Below are positions 21,244-30,971 of a stretch of 64,000 nucleotides of DNA, in pieces. Origin of the DNA: Nitrosopumilus sp. (GTDB taxonomy: Archaea > Thermoproteota > Nitrososphaeria > Nitrososphaerales > Nitrosopumilaceae); NCBI GenBank assembly GCA_965204345.1, contig OZ241981.1, positions 640,001 through 704,000 of the forward strand, written 5' to 3'. Made by a program: the position numbers and the translations under genes. Position 1 is the stretch's first letter; each line of letters begins with the position of its first letter. The notes beneath the pieces were generated by a model. The model ran no database searches and was not told where the DNA came from. It saw only the letters and a list, made by a program, of their open reading frames with translations.

Positions 21244-22335
21244 TTAAACAACAAGAATGCCATTTTCAACTAGATATTTAATTCCGCTTACAAAAGAGTC
21301 ATCATCAATCTGCTCATCTGCCCACCAACCCGCATTATGTCGTATCCAGTCAGGGATTTTGGCATCAGAGACAGAATCCAAGCCCACAGCCATCTCAATA
21401 GTAGAATCTGGGAAATGACTGTCAAACCATTCTTTGTATGAGGGCTCATTGTAGTATCGATCAAGATAGTGTTGTGGTCCTTTAGAGACATCGACAAAAG
21501 AAAAGACACTGTCAGGGGAATATTCAGGCAGATCAGGAATTTCAACAAGACCGGCATCCATGCAATATTTTATTGCAGCAATAAACGTGGAATCATCAAT
21601 TAGGCCATCAGCCCAAAAACCGGCATTATCTTTTACCCAGGCAGGCAAATTTAGTTCGGAATTTTTTTGAAAAGATACCAATCCTGGAGAAGGGGGGTCC
21701 GAATCAATCTCTAGTGCGTTTTGAAAATAATTAGTCCAAGCAGAGCGATTATGATCCCACATGTTTACCACAATGGGACTTGCATCAAAATCAGAAGTAG
21801 GAGTAAAGCTAAATGTGAGTGCAATTACTTTTTCAGTTACAGGATCTCCATCAACAAAAGAGGTAACACTGACATCAGAGATTAGTTCTGAGCCATCAGA
21901 TACATAAAATGATTCAGTGCCATCAAGGGTCTGTTCCCAAACAATTTGAACATCAGAAACGGGTATTAGCTGTCCGCCAACGAATTCTTCATTCTGGCCA
22001 AGCATCAATTTTACTGTAGACAGATAAAATGCGCCAGAGTTTTCATAAATGTTTAGAGTGATTTGAAGAGGTTGGCCTATTGCCGCACTTTGTGTAGGAA
22101 TTTGTTGTGTATAATGATCAACAGTAAAAGATTCGTCATTGATTATTAGCCCATCAGATACACCCTGAACATAGTTTTCAATCAGTCCCATAGAAGGTGG
22201 AATGCAATCTCCAGAACAGCCTCCGCCCCTACCTCCTCCGCTACTGCCATGATCAGCAAAGACAGGTGTGGCATATATCAAAAATGACATTGAAAATAAG
22301 ATTACAATATAAGATAATTTCATGATACAAACCAA
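21244..22335 (-). CDS. Secreted protein with two thaumarchaeal 'IPxWIxxNAGWWAD' repeats
   Basis: Signal peptide; LPAWVKDNAGFWADG and IPDWIRHNAGWWADE repeats. Confidence 0.8.
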   Translation of the reverse strand: MVCIMKLSYIVILFSMSFLIYATPVFADHGSSGGGRGGGCSGDCIPPSMGLIENYVQGVSDGLIINDESFTVDHYTQQIPTQSAAIGQPLQITLNIYENSGAFYLSTVKLMLGQNEEFVGGQLIPVSDVQIVWEQTLDGTESFYVSDGSELISDVSVTSFVDGDPVTEKVIALTFSFTPTSDFDASPIVVNMWDHNRSAWTNYFQNALEIDSDPPSPGLVSFQKNSELNLPAWVKDNAGFWADGLIDDSTFIAAIKYCMDAGLVEIPDLPEYSPDSVFSFVDVSKGPQHYLDRYYNEPSYKEWFDSHFPDSTIEMAVGLDSVSDAKIPDWIRHNAGWWADEQIDDDSFVSGIKYLVENGILVV

Positions 22336-25300
22336 CTCAAAAGTTGTTCCAACAAGCCAACTGGCTTTTTCTCAATATTTAATTCTGCATCATCATTTAC
22401 AGTGACTTTGCAGTATCCATCAACTAATACTGTGCCAACCCCACAGGTGGGGGCAGGTTCAGGGGACTTGGATGCGTCGGATTTAAGAGTTGCAGCAACT
22501 TGACAGTATCCATCAACTAATACTGTGCCAACCCCACAGGTGGGGGCAGGTTCAGATGACTTGGATGCGTCGGATTTAGGAGTTGCAGCAACTTGACAGT
22601 ATCCATCAACTAATACTGTGCCAACCCCACAGGTGGGGGCAGGACCGGATGACTCAGATGCGTCGGATTTCAAAGCAGATTCTGGTACAGGTGGTTCAGA
22701 AGTCACGATGTTGGATTCTGGTACAGGTGGTTCAGAAGTCACGATGTTGGATTCTGGTACAGGTGGTTCAGAAGTCACGATGTTGGATTCTGGTACAGGT
22801 GGTTCAGAAGTCACGATGTTGGATTCTGGTACAGGTGGTTTTGGTTCCATAGATACAGATTCATGTACAAAGGGTTCAACCAAAGCGACAGATTCATCAT
22901 GCATTAAGGATTCCACGTTATGCAAAGACGTAGAAATTTCAAGAGGCTCAAATGGTTTAAGATATTGAGCATCATCTCTTAATGGAAATGGTTCATTAGA
23001 GCCAAAACAAGCGTTTTTGGGGATCTTTACCAAATGAGCAGTATAGAATCCCATATCAGATTTATCATATACAGTAACCCAAAACTTGTCAACGTCAAAA
23101 GGAATTATTGCATCAAATACACGATAGGTAAATCCTGCAGAAGCCACACTATCAATATAATTAAGATATGAAACATCCTCAGTTACATCAATTGTACGAA
23201 TAAGGTTGTTATCAGCATGAATATTGGTAAGAATTTCACCACGGGAAATAGAGGAAGAAGTGATAATCCTTGCGACGCCATCAGAATTGGCATCACATGT
23301 ATTGTACAAAATCAGACTGGGATTCAGCAAAGCACTCAGTCCACCACGGCCACCGCCACTATTACTACCGCCACTAAAAGGAGTGCTGCTAGGATTATCA
23401 ACCCAACTTCCAAACTGAGACAGGTGAGAAGTCCAAATGACTAGGGCATCATTAGCATAATCGTCAAAATGGCATTCTCTATTTGGACCAGTATTAGCAA
23501 TCACTACACCGTTAACATTAGGCGTGTTTGCATCATCGCATTCGGCGGCAATTTCAATTCGTTGTGCACCATTGCTATAGAATGCACGATTTCCAGCATC
23601 GCCCACAAGATTAATTTTTACGGGAATGTTTAGATCTAAAGCAATTCCAGGCACACCTAGTTCTATGCAGCTTATAGAATTCTCCCCGGCGTTAAAGCTA
23701 GTGGTACAGGAAGATGTAGATGAGGAAGGCAAGGTTAAGAGTCCATCAAAATCTATGGAATTTCCAGTAACTTGAAGGCCAGCCGGAAGTTCTACAGATA
23801 CTTTATCATCAGTATTGTTTGCAGATAAAACAGTTAATGCATTAGACAGAGTGATTCTTGTTTTTCCAACTTGGGGATTAGTAATAGTGGAACTAAGATC
23901 TAATTTAGATTCAACATCATCAGGAATTACAAGATCAGATAATTGAGAATCAGCAGTAATAGAGACCGTAGAAGATGTGGGTGAAACTTGTAGCGGAACA
24001 TTGCCTAGTGCATTGTCAACAGTGATACGGCTAGGTCCATCATAGGCAATTCCAAGCAAATCATGAATGCCAGAAAGAACCAAAGTTCCAGTAGAATTTA
24101 CGTTTGTCAAAGATAAAGCAGGCAGGTTAATTGTTACAAGCCCGTTTCCTAAGGGATCAACAGATGTGACATTAGATGTGATTGCTATTTGGGTACCAAC
24201 AGGCATTTCCAACATTGTGAAAGGAGCATTCGTAGAATAACTCAATGCTTTGTCAAACAAAAGCAAGATTTTGGTGTCAGAAACAGCTCTGGCAGATAAC
24301 AGCGAAGGGGGATCACAAACAGCATTATCATGACCATTAACCTCAATCTGTCCGCGAATCATCCTTTGATCAACACCAGCAGAAGCATTATGAATTTGAA
24401 AGTACAGATCACCATTACACAGTTCAGAATAGTAATCACTCAAAGTGTCACCAGCAGTTGGGCCAAGACTTACTGCATCAGATGCATCATCACCCCAAAT
24501 ACCAGAAACGACACGAGTTCCATTATTAATTATAACATCAGGATCATCAGATGGGAACAGTATGTTAAACGCATGATTTCCTGAAACATCCAAGTCAGTA
24601 CCGTTATGGACGTGGATTTTGTGTAAATCATCAGAAGTATTGTTCAAGGTTTGTTGTTTAGTAGTATCAACTCCGGTAAATTGTAATTCATAGTAAAGTT
24701 GATCATAGGCATCATTAAACCACATGCTTACTTTAGCCTCAGGATTAATACCTGAACCACCATGACGGTGGGTGTCTGCATTGTCATCGTGGGTGTCTGG
24801 TTCATCGTCGTGACCGTGGGTGTCTGGTTCATCGCCGTGACCGTGGGTGTCTGGTTCATCGTCGTGGTCGTGACCGGCAGGCTCATCATCGTGACCGTGG
24901 GTGTCTGGTTCATCGTCGTGACCGTGACCGGCAGGTTCATCGTCGTGGTCGTGGGTGTCTGGTTCATCGTCGTGACCGTGACCGGCAGGTTCATCGTCGT
25001 GGTCGTGGGTGTCTGGTTCATCGTCGTGACCGTGACCGGCAGGTTCATCATCGTGACCGTGGGTGTCTGGTTCATCGTCGTGACCATGGGTGTCTGGTTC
25101 ATCGTCGTGGTCGTGACCGGCAGGTTCATCGTCGTGGTCGTGACCGGCAGGTTCATCGTCGTGGTCGTGACCGGCAGGCTCATCGTCGTGGTCGTGACCG
25201 GCAGGCTCATCGTCGTGGTCGTGACCGGCAGGCTCATCGTCGTGGCAAGTATGGCTTGCACCCACAACAGCTCGAATTTGATAACATTCGTTTAATGTCG

Positions 25301-27116
25301 CTGTAAAATCAGGGACTTGATCTGTTCTAAAGTCACATAATACGTTTTCAGGAGTTTTTAGAATTTGACCCCTAATTTCGCCATTTGTAAATCCTACGGT
25401 ACTGACATGAATGTAGACCTCATCTGAACACAAGGCATCTATGCTTGAAGTTAATCTCTTGGTTCTTTCATTTTCATTTGGAATAGATCCCTCATCGCCA
25501 TCATCCCATATTCCAAAAATAGTTCCGTTTCCAGGTTGCAAAATATAATCATTGTCAGAAAATTCAGGAACGCCAAAAATATTCAACAAATGAACGGGAC
25601 CACTGACACCTACAGGAGCATTACGAAAATGAACTGCATGTAAATCATCAGCAGTTGTTGCTAATGTTTGTACATCATCAGCATCCAATCCGTTAAGATA
25701 GATGTCATATTGCAACTCGTCCCCATGATAGCTGAATCTAAAATCAGCAGAACCTGTTGCAGCACTTCTGGTACCGCCACCTGCAATTTGATCTTCAGTT
25801 ATAAAAGATACAAAGTCACTGTGATTTGGATCAAAATCACACAAGTCATGATTGTCTAGCTCAATTTGGCCACGAATATTGCCATCACCAAAATGGGCCT
25901 GGAAATAAGATCTGTCATTACACAAATCACCTATATGATCAGATATTTTTTTGGAACGGGAATGATCAGTCGTGCCAGTACCCAAAGTTCTATCAGAATC
26001 ATCCCAAACACCAGAGATGCTATTATCAGATAAATTTACTTTCATTTGCGCATCATCGCAGGGATCAGTAATCGGGTCAGGCAGACCAGATACAAAACAG
26101 GGGGAGCCAAATACGTTTAGCAAATGATCGCCTTCTTCATCATATGCACCCTGATGGATATGCAATTTTTCAAGTGCGTTGCCGGCAATGCCTCCGGTAC
26201 CATCCAGATTAACATTATCTGAAAAAGTGATTCTGTAAAATAACGCACTTTGTGTGTGGTCAAAGTGTGCCTCGGCTCTTGCAGTTACAGCATCACCGGT
26301 CTTTGCAGTATCAGCACCAGCTAAAATTACCTTGCCAGCAGTAAGTGTGGATGAAAACTCGCTTTGTCCCAAATTAAAATCACACAATTCTGAGCGAGGC
26401 TCTATTTGGCCCCTAATTGCACCAGCAGGATTCCAGTTAGTGTGAATCTGAAAGTATAATTGGCCATCACATAATTTTTCTCTCATATCAGATAACTGTC
26501 TGCTACGGGCAGTATCAGAGGTCAAGCTGCCAGTGTCAATTTCGCCCCAGACCCCATGAACCTCATTATCATCAAGATGAATTCTCATTTCATCATCATC
26601 TTCTGCCGGTTCACCAAAAATATTCAAAGCATGAGGCCCGGTAGCACCTGCTGCACCCTGATGAATGTGAATTTTGGTTACAGCCTCCAATGCACTGCTG
26701 CCAGCACTAGTATCCACAGAAATGCCGGTTAATTCAATGTTATATCGTAAACGTTCTTGGTTTTCACTCCACAGCAAATGCACATGTCCAGAACCGGTAC
26801 TGTTAGTGATACCGCCTGCACTGGTAATTGCAAGTGCAGTTAAATCTGCCTCAAAGTCCTCGCCGCTTCCAGGAAAAGGATCACTTGATGCCTCATCAAC
26901 TACAGGCAACAAGGTGTCATCATCAATTCCATCCCCATCCCCATCATGGGCATAAACAAGACTAGAGATTGCAGAATTGTCATGAATCGACAAGGCAGCA
27001 AAGGATACACTGATGGCCAAAAATACCATTAGCCCATATCCAATTCTGCCCATTAAGAATAAAAAAATAAAATTACAATATAAAAAAAATGGTACATTTG
27101 ATAGTTGTACCAACAA
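22320..27116 (-). CDS. Large secreted protein with four CHRD-like domains and His/Asp-rich repeats
   Basis: Four segments with a HIH/HVH-type motif ending in IRGQI; signal peptide likely from the Met at ~27053. Confidence 0.85.
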   Translation of the reverse strand: MLVQLSNVPFFLYCNFIFLFLMGRIGYGLMVFLAISVSFAALSIHDNSAISSLVYAHDGDGDGIDDDTLLPVVDEASSDPFPGSGEDFEADLTALAITSAGGITNSTGSGHVHLLWSENQERLRYNIELTGISVDTSAGSSALEAVTKIHIHQGAAGATGPHALNIFGEPAEDDDEMRIHLDDNEVHGVWGEIDTGSLTSDTARSRQLSDMREKLCDGQLYFQIHTNWNPAGAIRGQIEPRSELCDFNLGQSEFSSTLTAGKVILAGADTAKTGDAVTARAEAHFDHTQSALFYRITFSDNVNLDGTGGIAGNALEKLHIHQGAYDEEGDHLLNVFGSPCFVSGLPDPITDPCDDAQMKVNLSDNSISGVWDDSDRTLGTGTTDHSRSKKISDHIGDLCNDRSYFQAHFGDGNIRGQIELDNHDLCDFDPNHSDFVSFITEDQIAGGGTRSAATGSADFRFSYHGDELQYDIYLNGLDADDVQTLATTADDLHAVHFRNAPVGVSGPVHLLNIFGVPEFSDNDYILQPGNGTIFGIWDDGDEGSIPNENERTKRLTSSIDALCSDEVYIHVSTVGFTNGEIRGQILKTPENVLCDFRTDQVPDFTATLNECYQIRAVVGASHTCHDDEPAGHDHDDEPAGHDHDDEPAGHDHDDEPAGHDHDDEPAGHDHDDEPDTHGHDDEPDTHGHDDEPAGHGHDDEPDTHDHDDEPAGHGHDDEPDTHDHDDEPAGHGHDDEPDTHGHDDEPAGHDHDDEPDTHGHGDEPDTHGHDDEPDTHDDNADTHRHGGSGINPEAKVSMWFNDAYDQLYYELQFTGVDTTKQQTLNNTSDDLHKIHVHNGTDLDVSGNHAFNILFPSDDPDVIINNGTRVVSGIWGDDASDAVSLGPTAGDTLSDYYSELCNGDLYFQIHNASAGVDQRMIRGQIEVNGHDNAVCDPPSLLSARAVSDTKILLLFDKALSYSTNAPFTMLEMPVGTQIAITSNVTSVDPLGNGLVTINLPALSLTNVNSTGTLVLSGIHDLLGIAYDGPSRITVDNALGNVPLQVSPTSSTVSITADSQLSDLVIPDDVESKLDLSSTITNPQVGKTRITLSNALTVLSANNTDDKVSVELPAGLQVTGNSIDFDGLLTLPSSSTSSCTTSFNAGENSISCIELGVPGIALDLNIPVKINLVGDAGNRAFYSNGAQRIEIAAECDDANTPNVNGVVIANTGPNRECHFDDYANDALVIWTSHLSQFGSWVDNPSSTPFSGGSNSGGGRGGLSALLNPSLILYNTCDANSDGVARIITSSSISRGEILTNIHADNNLIRTIDVTEDVSYLNYIDSVASAGFTYRVFDAIIPFDVDKFWVTVYDKSDMGFYTAHLVKIPKNACFGSNEPFPLRDDAQYLKPFEPLEISTSLHNVESLMHDESVALVEPFVHESVSMEPKPPVPESNIVTSEPPVPESNIVTSEPPVPESNIVTSEPPVPESNIVTSEPPVPESALKSDASESSGPAPTCGVGTVLVDGYCQVAATPKSDASKSSEPAPTCGVGTVLVDGYCQVAATLKSDASKSPEPAPTCGVGTVLVDGYCKVTVNDDAELNIEKKPVGLLEQLLSWFVS
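22400..22670 (-). repeat. Three ~90-bp repeats encoding PAPTCGVGTVLVDGYC
   Basis: Seen in DNA and protein. Confidence 0.85.
22681..22838 (-). repeat. 36-bp tandem repeat x~4.4 encoding PPVPESNIVTSE
   Basis: Seen in DNA and protein. Confidence 0.9.
24786..25244 (-). repeat. 27-bp tandem repeat x17 encoding HDDEP(AG/DT)H(D/G)
   Basis: Counted from the translation; GC-rich relative to flanks. Confidence 0.92.
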
Positions 27117-27134
27117 AAAAAAGTAGAAAAAAGA

Positions 27135-28079
27135 TTAAAGATTGCCTGCTTTGATGTCTTCAAGACATTTTATGACGTCATCTTTTGATATCGGGACTGG
27201 GTTTGGATCCAAATGCCCTTTATCAGTCATGACAGTGTCTGCAGCTTCTGAAACATCAGCCTTGAGTTCTAATTTATCAAACCCAAGTTTTGTCATTGCC
27301 TCTTTGAATCTATCATAGAAGATTGACTTGTTATGCTTGTGTGCAACGGTAGTACAGGAGGATAACGAATATCCATGAGGTACACCTTCATTTGAGAACA
27401 CGTATGACAATGCATGCCCAAGTGTCGTAGAGCAGTTACCAAAGCCCATTCCAGACAGCATTGATCCGTATGGATAGTTTTCTGGTTTGTCATTGATAAT
27501 TGCATCATACAAAATATCAAATGCCTGCTTACATAGGGTTCTTGTCAAGTCATTACCGAGCTTACTGTCATAACCCTCAGTAGCTTGAGCACATGCATCA
27601 CAGACAGAATTTTTCAAGACCTGTTCTGGAGTCCCATCCATAAAGTATGAGTCAACTACAGCCATGTCTGCTAAAAATTTGTCTTCGCGTAACAGTTTCT
27701 TTTTGCCATCAAATTTCAGAACGCAATATGTAGTCATTTCAGCTCCGGTTCCAAAGGTCGTTGGGATTAGGATTTTTTCTTTTTTCATCTCAGGTGCAGC
27801 ATATTTTACTACATCCATGGAACTTCCACCACCAAGCCCGATCAGGCAGGATGGATCCTTGTCTTTGAATTGTGAAATAACAGTATTGACATCCTCAATG
27901 GATGGCTCTGGCTTTACCTGGTCATACAGCATGTAATCCTGGATACCCATCTTTGCTAACCATTTGTCAGACAATGCCGGTGGAACGGTTGTGACAACTA
28001 GAGCATTTTTTGGATACTCTGTTTGACCAAGTGCATCTTCTCCAAAATTGATAACTTTTGGAATGCGTACTGTTTGCAT
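27135..28079 (-). CDS. Iron-containing alcohol dehydrogenase, probable malonic semialdehyde reductase of the 3HP/4HB cycle
   Basis: GLGGGSSMD, IPTTFGTGAE, GHALS, PHG motifs; substrate assignment rests on recalled similarity to the Nitrosopumilus enzyme. Confidence 0.8.
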   Translation of the reverse strand: MQTVRIPKVINFGEDALGQTEYPKNALVVTTVPPALSDKWLAKMGIQDYMLYDQVKPEPSIEDVNTVISQFKDKDPSCLIGLGGGSSMDVVKYAAPEMKKEKILIPTTFGTGAEMTTYCVLKFDGKKKLLREDKFLADMAVVDSYFMDGTPEQVLKNSVCDACAQATEGYDSKLGNDLTRTLCKQAFDILYDAIINDKPENYPYGSMLSGMGFGNCSTTLGHALSYVFSNEGVPHGYSLSSCTTVAHKHNKSIFYDRFKEAMTKLGFDKLELKADVSEAADTVMTDKGHLDPNPVPISKDDVIKCLEDIKAGNL

Positions 28080-28098
28080 AAGTCAAAGCCATCATTAA

Positions 28099-29409
28099 TT
28101 GTTATTATATCTTGCATTAGTGAGAAACAGCGTGATTATTCAAAATTTTGATGATTTGGCAACAACAGAGAAGAGAAGAGACTGCTTGGAAATTTTAGAG
28201 TCAGGATTGCAAGCGGCAAACCCTGAGAACATTATTCCGAAATTTGTAACCCCAAAAAAAATCAAGGTTGAGGGCAAAACACTTGATATTTCAGGATATT
28301 CAAGCATCTATTCAGTAGCATTTGGAAAGGCAGGGGACACCATGACTAGGGCAGTAAATGCCATAGTTCCAATAAAGAGCGGAATCATAGTAATCCCCAA
28401 AGGCTCAAGATCAAAAATTAGGGGTAAGAAATTTCAGATTTTCAACTCCAGACATCCAAAGCCGGATCAAACCAGCGTCAAAGCAGCTAAAGAGATTATA
28501 AAGTTTGTGCAAAACAAGCGGAGTGATGAATTGGTAATTTTTCTAGTGTCAGGTGGCGGGTCGTCACTTTTGGCACTGCCAGACAGCATTACCTTGGAAG
28601 ACAAGATTCATGCTACAGATGTCCTGCTAAAATCAGGGGCGGTAATCCAAGAAATCAACTGTGTAAGAAAGCATCTCTCAAAGATCAAGGGAGGAAAACT
28701 AGTTGAGAATCTAAAGTGCCATGGAATAAGTCTGGTAATGTCAGATGTTCAAGGGGATGATTTGTCATCTATTGCATCAGGTACAACATACATGGATGAC
28801 ACCACATATTCGGATGCCTTGGAAATTATAGACAGGTACAAGATCAGATGGAAGATGCCTGATGAGGTTCTAGCGCTTTTGGAGGAAGGAAGTAAAAAGG
28901 AGAATCCAAATGCGCCAAAAAAATCAAGAATTGAAAATTACGTTATTGCAAACAATGACAACTGTCTGGAGGCCATGCAAAACAGGGCCAAAGAGAAGGG
29001 ATACACGGTCAGCAGGATGTCACTTTTTGGGGACATTAAAGAGGCAGTGATCAAAGTTCTCAAAGAAATTTCAGAAAACGAAAAGACATGCATAATTTTT
29101 GGAGGGGAAACTACAGTCAGAGTACTTGGAAAGGGAATGGGGGGAAGAAACCAGGAACTGGTTTTGCGGCTGTTAAAAAATACCCAAAAATTAAAAAAAA
29201 TGGTCATTGCATCGGCAGGTACTGATGGAATTGATGGAAATTCTGTTTTTGCAGGAGCAATAACGGAGAATGCAAAAATGGATTTGAGTATAATGAAGGA
29301 ATTTCTCAAAAACAATGACTCGGGAAGGTTTTTTCAAAAGCAAAAGGGAAATATCATAACCAAGCCTACCCACACAAATCTAATGGATATTGGAGTCATT
29401 TTAAGATAA
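28099..29409 (+). CDS. Glycerate 2-kinase (MOFRL/DUF4147 family)
   Basis: AFGKA, SGGGSSL, SDVQGDD, GGETTV, GGRNQE, GTDGIDG, TNLMD. Confidence 0.92.
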   Translation: MLLYLALVRNSVIIQNFDDLATTEKRRDCLEILESGLQAANPENIIPKFVTPKKIKVEGKTLDISGYSSIYSVAFGKAGDTMTRAVNAIVPIKSGIIVIPKGSRSKIRGKKFQIFNSRHPKPDQTSVKAAKEIIKFVQNKRSDELVIFLVSGGGSSLLALPDSITLEDKIHATDVLLKSGAVIQEINCVRKHLSKIKGGKLVENLKCHGISLVMSDVQGDDLSSIASGTTYMDDTTYSDALEIIDRYKIRWKMPDEVLALLEEGSKKENPNAPKKSRIENYVIANNDNCLEAMQNRAKEKGYTVSRMSLFGDIKEAVIKVLKEISENEKTCIIFGGETTVRVLGKGMGGRNQELVLRLLKNTQKLKKMVIASAGTDGIDGNSVFAGAITENAKMDLSIMKEFLKNNDSGRFFQKQKGNIITKPTHTNLMDIGVILR

Positions 29410-29568
29410 ACTATAGAGTTTGAATTCAAAAAGAATCTACTTGCCTGTTTTTTATTTTGCCTTTTGAATATTTTTAGCAACTTTTAGTTTTAGTTTTTAA
29501 ATCCAATAACAGCTATTGTGTATCCTCACGAACTTTTTTTTCAAATCATTAGTCATCACAGATTAGAT

Positions 29569-29726
29569 GGGTTTGATAAATTTTGATCAGTTGAGTGCCG
29601 GAATTTGCCAGTAAATTCTCAGAGATAATTTTCTTAGAGTATCTAATCATCAAAAAAACTCAAAGAAGTGCAATTCCAAGACTTATATTTGTAATTTATG
29701 GCATGAGACACCGGAATTTGCCAGAC
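29569..29726 (-). repeat. Repeat copy A (full length, inverted)
   Basis: Reverse complement matches copies C-I along the whole length. Confidence 0.85.
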
Positions 29727-29811
29727 ATAATAACTTGAAGTGGTGTTGTTTTCACGATCCATTATTCCAAAGAGAGTTGTATTTTTGTATGAAACAGGAA
29801 TCCGATACGCA

Positions 29812-30318
29812 TTATGGGGGATTTATGGTTGCATAGACAAACAAATGGGTATCACCAATTTGCGGTTCCCAAGATGTGGATTCCTCTGGATATACACTCA
29901 TGCTATGACTTATTCTGATAATTCTACATTCAGGAGGTGGTTGGTACGTAGGAGAAAAAGAGGTGTGGGGACGTATGTGACTTATGATCTCACTTTCCAT
30001 GCCAGGATAGTAACCGCAATTACCAGATTTACGTTCAGGTACATCCCATACAAGGATCCCATTATTGGAACCGCCTTCTTTTAACGAGTACGGTGACTTG
30101 TTGAGTACAGTTATCTTGATTGGCTCTCCATGAGAATATACGGCTTTATCGAGGCTTAGACGAACAAAAGAGTTCTCTGCAATATGCGGAGTGTAGTTTG
30201 AATACAAAGTCAAAATCATAGCTTGTGGCAATGTAGGATAATATTGGAATACAAGGACAGTGCCAGCAGAAATAATAATTATTATAACAGCAACTGCTAT
30301 CAGAGTCTTCTTTCTCAT
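29812..30318 (-). CDS. Membrane-anchored hypothetical protein
   Basis: N-terminal TM; LDKAVYSHGEPIKITVLN Ig-like motif. Confidence 0.65.
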   Translation of the reverse strand: MRKKTLIAVAVIIIIISAGTVLVFQYYPTLPQAMILTLYSNYTPHIAENSFVRLSLDKAVYSHGEPIKITVLNKSPYSLKEGGSNNGILVWDVPERKSGNCGYYPGMESEIISHIRPHTSFSPTYQPPPECRIIRISHSMSVYPEESTSWEPQIGDTHLFVYATINPP

Positions 30319-30454
30319 GGTATGATTACCGCATAGGATTTATTATAATTATCCACATCAGATACTGTAACCCAAAAGACATGAGTTACTGAGAGCAGAA
30401 ATATGATTATCAGTAGGTGTATCAAATACATCATTACTTGCAAAAACATACAAG

Positions 30455-30641
30455 CCACATCCAGCTTTTGTATAAACATCAGAATACTGTTCATCAGAAC
30501 CATACAGTTTTGTTGAGGGTCTCTCTATCTACTGCTGAACTAATCAAACCTTCCTTCTGTAATCCCTTTAACATTAAAGGAAATTTTTTTTTCTAATTCA
30601 ACATGAATGAGTTTTACGTCTTCTTCAGAAAGGTCATTCAC
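30455..30641 (-). pseudogene. Doc (death-on-curing)-like toxin remnant
   Basis: Fragments across frames: LSEEDVKLIHVEL / GLQKEGLI / ERPSTKLYGSDEQYSDVYTKAG; catalytic HxFxDGNKR absent. Confidence 0.6.
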
Positions 30642-30824
30642 CTAACACTTGTCTAAAGCTTTAAAGACAATCATATTTTGATCAATAGTTTTACTTATAA
30701 GTTGACTCAGTTCTTTTCTCTCTACTTCACTTCTTCTTTTTCTCTCTACTTTACTTCCTCTTTCTCTGTCAACTCCACTTCCTCTTTTTCTCACTACTCC
30801 ACTTCCTCTTTTTCTCTTAATCAT
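30642..30824 (-). CDS. Putative antitoxin with four 8-aa basic repeats
   Basis: Stop abuts the Doc-like GTG start; RKRGSGVV-type 24-bp repeat x4. Confidence 0.45.
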   Translation of the reverse strand: MIKRKRGSGVVRKRGSGVDRERGSKVERKRRSEVERKELSQLISKTIDQNMIVFKALDKC

Positions 30825-30890
30825 TCAAAACACCTGTAGTATGAATTCCTGCTCATATATTAAAAATATTTGTATTTTATGATAGTCAAG

Positions 30891-30947
30891 GTGCAGTTTC
30901 GAGACTTGCATTTGTGATTTATGGCATGGAATACCAGATTTGCCGAA
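30891..30947 (-). repeat. Repeat copy B (left-end fragment, inverted)
   Basis: TTTGTGATTTATGGCATGGAATACC is the reverse complement of the copy E/I left end. Confidence 0.75.
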
Positions 30948-30971
30948 TTCAAAACAATGTGTAACTACAGT

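Noticed and set aside
24728-25295. Thr-rich and Val-rich ORFs
   Set aside because: Alternative frames of the 27-bp repeat in the CHRD gene.
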